From: Methyloceanibacter sp.
GTDB lineage: Bacteria; Pseudomonadota; Alphaproteobacteria; Rhizobiales; Methyloligellaceae
Direction of reading: 5' to 3'
Length of the DNA: 64,000 nucleotides
Assembly: GCA_030064755.1 (NCBI GenBank)
Contig: JASJEH010000001.1
Coordinates: 35,352-99,351 of the forward strand
Positions 46,787 to 55,387 of the stretch are shown piece after piece; the first letter of the stretch is position 1; each line of letters opens with the position of its first letter. A model generated the notes under the pieces. The model was not told the DNA's origin, searched no databases, and saw only the letters and a list, made by a program, of their open reading frames with translations. The position numbers and the translations under genes are program-made.

Positions 46787-48148
46787 ATGAGTACCACCAC
46801 ACCCCGCAACAAGACCCTCTCGCGGACAAAGGACCATCAGGTTGGGCTGCCGGCCCGCCGGACCGCCGCATCGATTCTCGATGCCGTGCTGCAGAAAAAG
46901 CAGCACCTGGATGACGTCCTCGGACGAGTCCGCGACGGCGCGATGTTCGATCTCGCGATCCGGGATCGCGCGCTGGCGCGTGCCATCGTTGGCACCTCGC
47001 TTCGCCGCAAGGGCCAGATCGACCATGTCCTTGAGACCTTCATGACCCGAGGCTTCCCGGCACGCGCCGGAACGCTCTATCCGATCCTACTGTCCGGTGC
47101 CGCACAGATTCTCTTCATGAATGTGCCGGCGCACGCGGCTATCGACTTGGCCGTAAGCCTTGCTCAATGGGACCCGCGCGCTAAGCGCTATGACAAGTTG
47201 GTCAACGCTGTTCTCCGCCGCGTTTCCGATAAGGGGGCCGATATCGCCGCCTCGCTTGACGCAGCACGGGTCAACACGCCGGATTGGCTCTGGGACCGCT
47301 GGGTGCGTGCTTGGGGCGAGGACCGCACGAGCGCTATCGCCGAGTCGCAGCTTATTGAGCCGCCACTCGACCTAACCGTAAAGGCGGACCCCGCTCTCTG
47401 GGCGGAGAAGCTAGGCGGGCGGGTCCTGCCGACGGGCAGCGTCCGAATCATCCCACGCGGCCGTATCGAAGACTTGCCGGGGTTTACCGAGGGCACCTGG
47501 TGGGTTCAGGATGCCGCCGCGTCCGTTCCGGCCCAGCTTCTTGGCGATGTCGCCGGCAAGCGGGTCGCCGATCTCTGCGCGGCGCCCGGCGGGAAGACCG
47601 CGCAGCTTGCCGCACGTGGCGCGATCGTCACCGCTGTCGATCTCTCCCAGAATCGCCTGGGTCGCCTTAAGGAGAATCTCGACAGACTTGGCCTTTCTGC
47701 CGAGACCATTGCAGGCGATGCCAGTCAGTGGCAGCCCGAGACACGGTTCGACGCCGTCCTGCTTGATGCACCCTGTTCGTCCACCGGAACCATCCGCCGC
47801 CATCCCGACGTTCCCTATCTCAAGTCGGATACAGACGTCGCGGAACTGGCTGCACTTCAGACGAGGCTCCTCGACAACGCGGTGCGTCTGTTAAAGCCCG
47901 GCGGTACGCTCGTCTACTCCACCTGTTCGCTGGAGCCCGAGGAGGGCGAAGTGCAGATCGCAGCGCTCCTCGCGCGGAACGATTCGCTGCGCATCGCGCC
48001 CTTGCGGACCGGCGAGCCGTTTGGCGACACAGTGTGGGCTCAGGCTTCGGGTGTCTTACGCACCTTCCCCTTCCAGCTCCCGCTTGATAGTCCCGAATGG
48101 AGTGGCATGGACGGTTTTTTTGCGGCCCGCCTCGTCTCGGCCAGTTAG
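46787..48148 (+). CDS. rsmB: 16S rRNA m5C methyltransferase RsmB/Sun (NusB-like N-terminal domain)
   Basis: WWVQD, DLCAAPGGKT, LDAPCSSTGTIRRHPD, YSTCS and DGFF. Confidence 0.9.
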   Translation: MSTTTPRNKTLSRTKDHQVGLPARRTAASILDAVLQKKQHLDDVLGRVRDGAMFDLAIRDRALARAIVGTSLRRKGQIDHVLETFMTRGFPARAGTLYPILLSGAAQILFMNVPAHAAIDLAVSLAQWDPRAKRYDKLVNAVLRRVSDKGADIAASLDAARVNTPDWLWDRWVRAWGEDRTSAIAESQLIEPPLDLTVKADPALWAEKLGGRVLPTGSVRIIPRGRIEDLPGFTEGTWWVQDAAASVPAQLLGDVAGKRVADLCAAPGGKTAQLAARGAIVTAVDLSQNRLGRLKENLDRLGLSAETIAGDASQWQPETRFDAVLLDAPCSSTGTIRRHPDVPYLKSDTDVAELAALQTRLLDNAVRLLKPGGTLVYSTCSLEPEEGEVQIAALLARNDSLRIAPLRTGEPFGDTVWAQASGVLRTFPFQLPLDSPEWSGMDGFFAARLVSAS

Positions 48149-48278
48149 GGAAGAAAGTGTTGAGCCACTTGCCCTTGAGATCACGCTGCACGACAATGCG
48201 CCCCGCTTGGTCAACAAGCGGCGGGGGAGAGCATGGCGCCGGTCTTGCGTGCCAATGCTCGGATGGAGAACGATCCTT

Positions 48279-50057
48279 ATGACGGGCGAACAGGCCTTCG
48301 AGCGCGAGTCCGGCGCTCAAGAGGTGAAGCTTGGCGGGCCGAGTGCGCTGAGACGGCTCATGCTGTCCGGGCTCGCCGCTGTTAGCTATCCCGGCTCCCA
48401 GGCCGAGCAATTGCTGCTGGCCCCACAAGAGCTGCGCACCGCCGATCCGAGCTTTGCGACCGAGATCTACAATGGACACTTCGGGCTGGCTGGCAAACTC
48501 GCCGATATCGGCGCCAGGTCGCCTTTCGAGATCGAGCCACCGTCCGTGAGCTGGGCGCGTGAGCTCTACGGCTTTAGCTGGCTCCGGCATTTGCGCGCTG
48601 CGGATTCCGAGCTCTCCCGCGAACAGGCAAAAACGCTCGTTCATGATTTCATTCGTCTGCGGCGCCAACTCCCGCCGCTCGCTTGGCAACCGGAGATCGT
48701 CGCTCGGCGCGTCATCTCTTGGCTCTCGAATTCGGTGCTCGTGCTAGCGGCCGATGAGCCCGAGGCCTACGAATCTTTCCTGAAAGAACTCACGGGACAG
48801 CTCCGGTACCTTTCCGCCGGCTACCGGGATGCGCCCGACGGCGTGCCGCGGCTGCTATCGCTTATGGCGCTGTTGTATGGCGGGCTTTGCATTGCCGACC
48901 AGAACGCCGTGGTGGACCGCTACACCAAGCCCTTTTGCCGGGAACTCGAACGGCAGATTCTCCCGGACGGTGGGCACATTTCGCGGAATCCCGAAGCACT
49001 GATTGAGCTGCTGCTGGATCTGCTTCCCTTGCGCCAGTGCTTTGTGGCCCGTGATCGCACACCGCCCAAGGAACTTACCGATGCCGTGGATCGCATCATG
49101 CCCATGCTGCGCTTCTTCCGTTTGGGCGACGGGTCCATGGCGCGATTTAACGGCGCGGGCCCGACGCCTACCGATGCGCTGGCGACCGTGCGCGCCTACG
49201 ACGACATTGAGGGCGCCCCAGTACGCTCGGCCGCCAATTCCGGCTATGTCCGAGTCGAAGCAGGATCGACACTCATCCTTTGCGATCTCGGACCTCCGCC
49301 TGCGACCTCTCTGACTCGGGACGCCCACGCCGGGTTCTTGTCCTTCGAGATGAGTTCGGGCGACGCTCCCATGATCATCAACTGTGGCGCACCGACCGCC
49401 GAGTTTGAAGAGTGGAGACTCTACGCGCGGACCACGCCGGCCCATTCGACGCTTTGCCTGGAGGACGACTCCCTGGCCGAATTCGATGTGGCAAGTGAGG
49501 AGGCCGAGCCCGAAGCAGACTCGACACTGATTGGTCCGCTCAATCCGCAAGGCGCTTTTTCGGATCAAGGCGAAGGCGGCAATTTGCGCATCAAGGGGTC
49601 CCATGACGGCTACGTGGAGCGCTACGGGGTAAGCCATGCCCGGCAGATTCTGATCGCGCCGGACGGCAACCTCATCTCCAGCGAAGACAAGCTTTCGACG
49701 CGCGGGTTGAAGAGTCCCGAAGGCCTCATCGCCGGATCCTATGCGGTGCGGTTTCACCTCCATCCGTCCGTGAAGGCGCAGACCATGGGTGATGGGATGT
49801 CGGCGGTTCTCGTCCTGCGCAATGGGGAAACCTGGCGGCTGACGGCAAATGCCGAAGAGATGGCCATCGAGGAAAGCGTCCTCCTCGCCGATCCGCGCGG
49901 TCCCCAGGTGACGTCGCAAATCGTGCTGAGCGGCATGATGGGCGAGGCTCGCGAAGTGCGCATCGTCTGGAATCTTGAAAAGACTGTCGATGAGGTCGGC
50001 GCTCACGAACTCGTCGACCCCAACGACACGCCGGACCGCCGGTCAACCGACAGCTAG
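48279..50057 (+). CDS. Heparinase II/III-family protein
   Basis: LYGFSWLRHL, QILPDGGHISRNP, MARFNG, AHAGFLSFE, NCG, AHST, SHDGY and RFHLHP. Confidence 0.82.
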   Translation: MTGEQAFERESGAQEVKLGGPSALRRLMLSGLAAVSYPGSQAEQLLLAPQELRTADPSFATEIYNGHFGLAGKLADIGARSPFEIEPPSVSWARELYGFSWLRHLRAADSELSREQAKTLVHDFIRLRRQLPPLAWQPEIVARRVISWLSNSVLVLAADEPEAYESFLKELTGQLRYLSAGYRDAPDGVPRLLSLMALLYGGLCIADQNAVVDRYTKPFCRELERQILPDGGHISRNPEALIELLLDLLPLRQCFVARDRTPPKELTDAVDRIMPMLRFFRLGDGSMARFNGAGPTPTDALATVRAYDDIEGAPVRSAANSGYVRVEAGSTLILCDLGPPPATSLTRDAHAGFLSFEMSSGDAPMIINCGAPTAEFEEWRLYARTTPAHSTLCLEDDSLAEFDVASEEAEPEADSTLIGPLNPQGAFSDQGEGGNLRIKGSHDGYVERYGVSHARQILIAPDGNLISSEDKLSTRGLKSPEGLIAGSYAVRFHLHPSVKAQTMGDGMSAVLVLRNGETWRLTANAEEMAIEESVLLADPRGPQVTSQIVLSGMMGEAREVRIVWNLEKTVDEVGAHELVDPNDTPDRRSTDS

Positions 50058-50060
50058 ACC

Positions 50061-51647
50061 ATGCCAACACGAAAAGTCAGGAGAGCGCTGCTTTCGGTCA
50101 GCGACAAGACAGGACTAGTGGACTTCGCCAAGGCGCTCGTTGAATACGATATTGAGCTCGTCTCCACCGGCGGGACGGCTAAGGCGCTACGCGAAGCAGG
50201 GTTGGCTGTCATTGACGTCGCCGACGTCACCGGTAGCCCCGAGATGATGGATGGGCGTGTAAAAACACTGCATCCGAGAATTCATGGCGGCCTCTTGGCC
50301 ATGCGCGACAATGCGGAACACGTCGCCGCCATGGAGACCCACGGCATCCCGCCCATCGATCTCTTGGTGGTCAATCTCTATCCGTTCGAGGCCACCGTCG
50401 CGGGCGGGGCAGATTTCGCAACCGCTATCGAGAATATCGACATTGGCGGTCCGGCCATGATCCGCGCAGGCGCAAAGAACCATGGAGGCGTTGCCGTCGT
50501 CGTGGATCCAGAAGACTACGATCAGGTGCGGGAAGAGCTTGCGACGCATCAGGGCTGCACGACGGGCGGTACGCGCCGGCACTTGGCGGCGAAGGCCTTT
50601 GCGCATACGGGCGCCTATGACGGGGCGATTGCGACTTGGTTCGCTGACCAGCTTGACGTGACCGCGCCACACAAGCGGGTCTTCGCAGGCACCCGCGAGG
50701 CCAAGCTGCGCTACGGCGAGAACCCGCACCAATGGGCGGCATTCTACAAGACCGCCGAGCAGCGCCCCGGGATCGCCACCGCCCAGCAGGTGCAAGGCAA
50801 GGAACTTTCCTTCAACAATCTCAACGATACGGACGCCGCCTTCGAACTTGTGGCCGAATTCGATCCGAACAGCTCTGCCGCGGTCGCGATCATCAAGCAT
50901 GCAAACCCCTGCGGCGTCGCTCTCGGGCCGACCTTGGCCGAGGCCTACACGAAAGCCCTTGCCTGCGACAGCGTGAGTGCGTTCGGTGGCATCGTGGCTC
51001 TCAACGCAACGCTGGATGCTGAGGCCGCCAGGGAGATCGTCAAGATCTTCACAGAGGTGATCATCGCGCCCAATGCAACGGACGCCGCAAAGGAGATCAT
51101 TGCGGCAAAGAGAAACCTGCGGCTTCTGCTGACAGGTGAACTGCCTGACTCACGCGCTGAGGGCATCACGGTTCGCTCGCTTGCAGGCGGCCTCCTCGTG
51201 CAGTCCCGGGACAACCGTCTCGTTGACCAGGACGCGCTGAGCGTGGTGACCAAGCGAAAGCCTTCCGAGCAGGAACTCGCAGATCTCATCTTCGCGTTCA
51301 CCGTCGCGAAGCATGTGAAGTCGAATACGATCGTCTATGCCAAGAACGGCGCCACAGTCGGCATCGGTGCGGGCCAGATGAGCCGTATCGACTCGGCCCG
51401 CATCGCCGCACGCAAAGCTAAGGACGCCGCCGAGGCGCTGAACTTGTCTGAACCACTCACGATCGGGTCCGTGGCCGCATCGGATGCGTTCTTCCCGTTC
51501 GCGGATGGCCTACACGTCGTGGCCGAGGCGGGCGCGACCGCTGTGATCCAGCCTGGCGGATCCATGCGTGACGACGAGGTGATCGCGGCGGCAGACGAGG
51601 CGGGGCTCGCCATGATCTTCACGGGCATGCGCCACTTCCGGCACTAG
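50061..51647 (+). CDS. purH: Bifunctional AICAR transformylase / IMP cyclohydrolase
   Basis: [55 protein letters not shown] and GMRHFRH. Confidence 0.98.
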   Translation: MPTRKVRRALLSVSDKTGLVDFAKALVEYDIELVSTGGTAKALREAGLAVIDVADVTGSPEMMDGRVKTLHPRIHGGLLAMRDNAEHVAAMETHGIPPIDLLVVNLYPFEATVAGGADFATAIENIDIGGPAMIRAGAKNHGGVAVVVDPEDYDQVREELATHQGCTTGGTRRHLAAKAFAHTGAYDGAIATWFADQLDVTAPHKRVFAGTREAKLRYGENPHQWAAFYKTAEQRPGIATAQQVQGKELSFNNLNDTDAAFELVAEFDPNSSAAVAIIKHANPCGVALGPTLAEAYTKALACDSVSAFGGIVALNATLDAEAAREIVKIFTEVIIAPNATDAAKEIIAAKRNLRLLLTGELPDSRAEGITVRSLAGGLLVQSRDNRLVDQDALSVVTKRKPSEQELADLIFAFTVAKHVKSNTIVYAKNGATVGIGAGQMSRIDSARIAARKAKDAAEALNLSEPLTIGSVAASDAFFPFADGLHVVAEAGATAVIQPGGSMRDDEVIAAADEAGLAMIFTGMRHFRH

Positions 51648-51678
51648 GTTCCTTCCACCGCGAGCGCGTCCCAAACGC

Positions 51679-51708
51679 AAAAAGGCCTCCCCGAAGGGAG
51701 GCCTCTTG
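51679..51708. terminator. Bidirectional Rho-independent terminator between purH and the lipoprotein gene
   Basis: AGGCCTCCC-CGAA-GGGAGGCCT stem-loop, A5 on the left and a T-rich stretch on the right. Confidence 0.8.
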
Positions 51709-51732
51709 ATTCTGCTTCTTGTTCGTCAACGC

Positions 51733-52362
51733 CTAGAGGCCATCCGGGTATACCGGCTGAGGCTGGTTCGGTGACGGCGGCTCACCCTTATGGGGGGCCT
51801 TCGGTGCATCCTCCGAAACCGTTGGCGGCACGACAATGGTTGCCGCGTCCTCGTCGACGACGACCGTCTTGCCCTCAGGCGTTGTCATGACGCCCTCGGC
51901 TTCCTCAACAACCACGGCCGGGGCGTCGTCCATGGCGGCGCTGTCCGGGTAGACTGGCTGCGGCTGGTTGGGCGAGGGCGGCTCGCCCTTGTGCGGGAGC
52001 TTAGGCGCATCTTCCGAAACCGTCGGCGGCACGGAGATAACGCCCTCCGTGACGTCCTCCTCCATCACCGCGGCAGGCGCTTCGTCCATGGCTGCCTCCT
52101 CAGGCGCGGCGGCCGGCTCTCCGGGTACCACAGGCTGTGGCTGATTCGGCGACGGCGGCTCGCCCTTGTGCTGCGGTCCATCAGGCGCCTCCGGCGGCGT
52201 GGGCGGCACCGAGATCGTCTCCTCGGTCGTCACCTCTTCGACTGCAGCCGGCTCTTCGGCAGCAGGTGCCGCATCCTTTTCGGCCGCGTCATCCGCTGGC
52301 CATTCACAGGCAGCAAGCAAGATCGCCGCCAGCAAAGCTCCACCCAAACCCACGTACTTCAT
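51733..52362 (-). CDS. Putative acidic Pro-rich lipoprotein with three conserved repeats
   Basis: Signal MKYVGLGGALLAAILLAAC with lipobox LAAC. Three copies of HKGEPPSPNQPQPV. Confidence 0.8.
   Translation of the reverse strand: MKYVGLGGALLAAILLAACEWPADDAAEKDAAPAAEEPAAVEEVTTEETISVPPTPPEAPDGPQHKGEPPSPNQPQPVVPGEPAAAPEEAAMDEAPAAVMEEDVTEGVISVPPTVSEDAPKLPHKGEPPSPNQPQPVYPDSAAMDDAPAVVVEEAEGVMTTPEGKTVVVDEDAATIVVPPTVSEDAPKAPHKGEPPSPNQPQPVYPDGL
51751..52170 (-). repeat. Three coding copies of the 14-aa motif HKGEPPSPNQPQPV
   Basis: Copies at 52129-52170, 51952-51993 and 51751-51792. Amino acids identical, codons differ. Confidence 0.95.
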
Positions 52363-52555
52363 GATCGCCCCCCGATCCAACGATTTCACGCGTAGTTCCA
52401 TAACAGGCATTTCCCGGAGCGTATCGCGAAAGGCCATGGATTTCCATGCTGCGCATCAAATCCTGGCCACGAATCCTCACTGGCAAGCAAAGAATGGCCG
52501 CCTCGTGGTGCGTAACCCCTGGCATTGGGCGTTTCGCGATGCGATGGCACCCAGT

Positions 52556-53923
52556 CTAGCGCGTCGACCGTACCGGTAACAGAAGCAATAACCCCACAAT
52601 CAGGAAGACAACGCTGACCGAGATTCCGAGCCGCTGGCTGTCGGTGGCCGTCGTAACGATGCCTATGGCCAATGGTGCCGCGAAAGCCGTTACCTTGCCG
52701 GAAAATGCGAAGAAGCCGTAGAACTCTGTCAGTTGGTCAGGCGGACATATCCGGGCGAGCATCGTGCGGCTTGATGCCTGTACCGGCCCAACAGCAATTC
52801 CGAGCAAGACCGCAAAGACGAGCATCACCCGCTCCCCTGTCGCTGCGAATAGGCCGCCACCCGACACCTTCTCTTCGACCGGTATGAAAAATAGGATCTC
52901 GTTCGGGTCGACGGACAGAACACCAATCGCACCGGTGATTAGGACAAGATGGCCATAGATGATGACGGCCTTGGAGCCGATCCAGTCGTCTAGCAGGCCG
53001 CCGATGAATGCGCCGAACACAGCCGCTACGGTCAAGATAATGCCGAACAGGCCGAGCTCCGTGGCGCCCCAGCCAAACACGCTGGCGGCGTAGATGCCGC
53101 CAAATGCGAATATCGCGGCGCCACCGTCGGCGTAGATCATACGGGCAAGGAGGAACAGGGCCACATTCCGGTGGTTGCGCAGCACATCCTTGATAGACCG
53201 GACTAACCGGCCCAGGCCATCGCGAACGGGGTTCCGTGAGGTCATGGGGCCCGGCTTGTCAGGCGTAAACAGAAACATCGGTAGGACGAAGATGAGGTAC
53301 CAGATCGCACAGAAGGGCCCGACCAACCGATCCCCCTCGCGCGTCTCCGCATCGAGCGAAACGATGGGGCTGAGGCCAAAGAGAGTCTTTCCCGTGTCGG
53401 GACTTGTCACTAAGAACCCCGCGACCAGGGCGAGGCTCACGAGCCCGCCGATATAGCCGACCGCCCAGGCAAATCCAGATAGTTTGCCAAGCCGCTGCGC
53501 GGAGATGAGGCCGGGCATCATGGCGTTGTTGAACTGGGTCGCAAGTTCGACGCCAACCGATGCGACGGCAAAGGACAGGAGGACTAGCGGGACGGCCGCT
53601 GTCGACCCCGGGACCGCCAGCCATAGACCACCAAGGCCAAGAATCAACATGACGGAGAACACGCCGATCCAAGGCTTGCGTGGGAGCCCCGCATCGGCGA
53701 TCGCGCCCAGAACCGGCGCCAGGATCGCTGCGGTAAGTTGGGCGGCGCTGGTCGTAAAGGCCCAAAGCGATTGGGCATGGGCCGGGTCGCTCATGAAGCC
53801 GTTCACAAAATAGGGCGCGAACAGAAACGTGACGACCAGTGTGTAGTAGGGCTGGGTTGCCCAATCGAATAGGGCCCAGCCAACGACGCCGCGCCTCGAG
53901 GCGGGGTGGGCGGCCTCAGGCAT
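52556..53923 (-). CDS. MFS transporter, UMF1/Atg22-like family
   Basis: GWALFDWA, APVLGAIAD, FNNAMMP, SGFAWAVGYIGG, ASSRTMLAR and EFYGFFA..GK. About 12 TM segments. Confidence 0.88.
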   Translation of the reverse strand: MPEAAHPASRRGVVGWALFDWATQPYYTLVVTFLFAPYFVNGFMSDPAHAQSLWAFTTSAAQLTAAILAPVLGAIADAGLPRKPWIGVFSVMLILGLGGLWLAVPGSTAAVPLVLLSFAVASVGVELATQFNNAMMPGLISAQRLGKLSGFAWAVGYIGGLVSLALVAGFLVTSPDTGKTLFGLSPIVSLDAETREGDRLVGPFCAIWYLIFVLPMFLFTPDKPGPMTSRNPVRDGLGRLVRSIKDVLRNHRNVALFLLARMIYADGGAAIFAFGGIYAASVFGWGATELGLFGIILTVAAVFGAFIGGLLDDWIGSKAVIIYGHLVLITGAIGVLSVDPNEILFFIPVEEKVSGGGLFAATGERVMLVFAVLLGIAVGPVQASSRTMLARICPPDQLTEFYGFFAFSGKVTAFAAPLAIGIVTTATDSQRLGISVSVVFLIVGLLLLLPVRSTR

Positions 53924-54083
53924 ATACTTTCGCGTCCAGCACAATGAGGTGGTTCGGCAGTTCGTCCTCGCCCAGTTTCTTGGGCGGAAAGTGTTCGGCC
54001 AGGATCTTTCCGCTGGTCTTCTGCTCAGCGCGCGTGATCGCTTCGCCAATCACGTCATGTTCATCTCGGGTGAAGGGCTTCAT
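53916..54083 (-). pseudogene. Internally deleted TPM-domain (DUF477-like) gene remnant, 55 codons, in frame (not in the ORF track)
   Basis: Manual translation gives MKPFTRDEHDVIGEAITRAEQKTSGKILAEHFPPKKLGEDELPNHLIVLDAKVYA, resembling the N-terminal AI..AE..TSG and C-terminal LAEHFP...ELPN.LIVL signatures joined directly. Confidence 0.7.
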
Positions 54084-54225
54084 CGCTTAAGGTCTTAGCC
54101 GCCGAGGCGCCTTGAGAACACCCCGGCACACTATGGCGACTATCGCCAGATTTGGAACCAGCAATCTGCCCGGCAGTCCGATGGAGCGCCTAAGGCGCGA
54201 ACCACAAACCGCCGACGGGGACCGC

Positions 54226-54993
54226 ATGCAGCATCGCTTTTGTCACGGACGTCAGTCACGCCTTCCAAGTTTCGCAACAAGAAGAGCCCGTGGCCTGTTG
54301 GCCTTCGCCGCAACGGCCTTGATTGGCTGCATGCTGCTGGGCTTAACGGGGACGGTGCTTGCGCGCGGCGTGGGCATGGACGGCGGAACGGCCATTCCTT
54401 TCGGGCCGAGCCTGTCGGCGTCGGGGTGGCAGGCGGTCAGCTTTCCCGGGCGCCGTGCCGCAACGTTCACAGCGCGCGGCGCGGACACCATCCGCGTGGA
54501 GACCGCTGGCGGTGCGGGACTACTGTGGCGCCCAGCACCTCCCAGCGCAGCAAGCGCGACCAAGGCAATGTGGCGCTGGCGGAAGGCGGCGGGCGTTGGC
54601 CCCACGGATCTTGCGCGAAAAGGAGGCGACGACCGCGTCTTGGCCGTGTATTTCGCGTTCGCCGATCCAGGAGACAAGAAGGGCCGGGCGGACCTCAAAG
54701 CGCTTCTGCGGTCTGGGCGCGGTGACATACTCATGTATGTCTGGGGCGGTGACGCGCGCCCGGGCACAATCATCAACGTTCCGTATTTCAAGGGGCGCGG
54801 ACGTGCCGTCGTCAAGCGGCGGGCCGGAGCTCCAGCCAAGCAATGGTTCGTCGAGGACGCTGCGCTTGCAGCGGACTTCCGGCGTGCCTTCGGCAGACCT
54901 CCCGGGCGGCTTGTAGCAATCGCGCTGTCGAGCGATGCGGACGATACCGGCGGCCACAATATCGCGGCCCTGTCGGATCTCTACGTGAAGTAG
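54226..54993 (+). CDS. DUF3047-family putative exported protein
   Basis: W.W, GGDDR.LAVY..F, LMYVWG, W..E...LA.DFRRAFG and AL.SDADDTG. Start uncertain (54112-54330). Confidence 0.72.
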   Translation: MQHRFCHGRQSRLPSFATRRARGLLAFAATALIGCMLLGLTGTVLARGVGMDGGTAIPFGPSLSASGWQAVSFPGRRAATFTARGADTIRVETAGGAGLLWRPAPPSAASATKAMWRWRKAAGVGPTDLARKGGDDRVLAVYFAFADPGDKKGRADLKALLRSGRGDILMYVWGGDARPGTIINVPYFKGRGRAVVKRRAGAPAKQWFVEDAALAADFRRAFGRPPGRLVAIALSSDADDTGGHNIAALSDLYVK

Positions 54994-55387
54994 CAGGCCC
55001 GTAGTCTGACGAGCAGATTTGCGGCCGATTCGCACCACATTTGGATTTGCGCTCGGGATTTCGGGTTCGGGCCCTGGATTGGTGTTGCCCGAATGAGACA
55101 GCGGGCAACTTTCTGCCGTTTGGAGCAGTATCGTTTCGCGGTTTGCCTTTCCAATTCCGCACCGCACACACAAACTAACTGCGCGGCGGAACAGTGTTTT
55201 TTCCACAAGGATGCGGGAAGCGCACCCGCCGGGCGCGGTTTGGTGAGCGTTAGCCAATCCGAAGGCTTTGCTAGTCAAAATCCAAGGCCTCTTCTAGGCT
55301 GATTCGTGAGTCGTTTTGGGGGCTCTAATGAGTGCAGTAGCGGTGTTGCGTAGGCGTAAGACCTGGACCATACGGGCGGGCGCCAAC

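Noticed and set aside
52378-52400. EcfG-type general-stress promoter (GGAAC...CGTT, minus strand) for the lipoprotein
   Set aside because: The spacer is 12 nt, too short for the roughly 16-17 nt consensus.
54994-55387. sRNA or small ORF in the 390-bp gap before the third Ldt (hairpin GTTGCCC/GGGCAAC near 55084-55109)
   Set aside because: One hairpin, no terminator, no recognisable RNA family, and no ORF with coding signals. Insufficient evidence.
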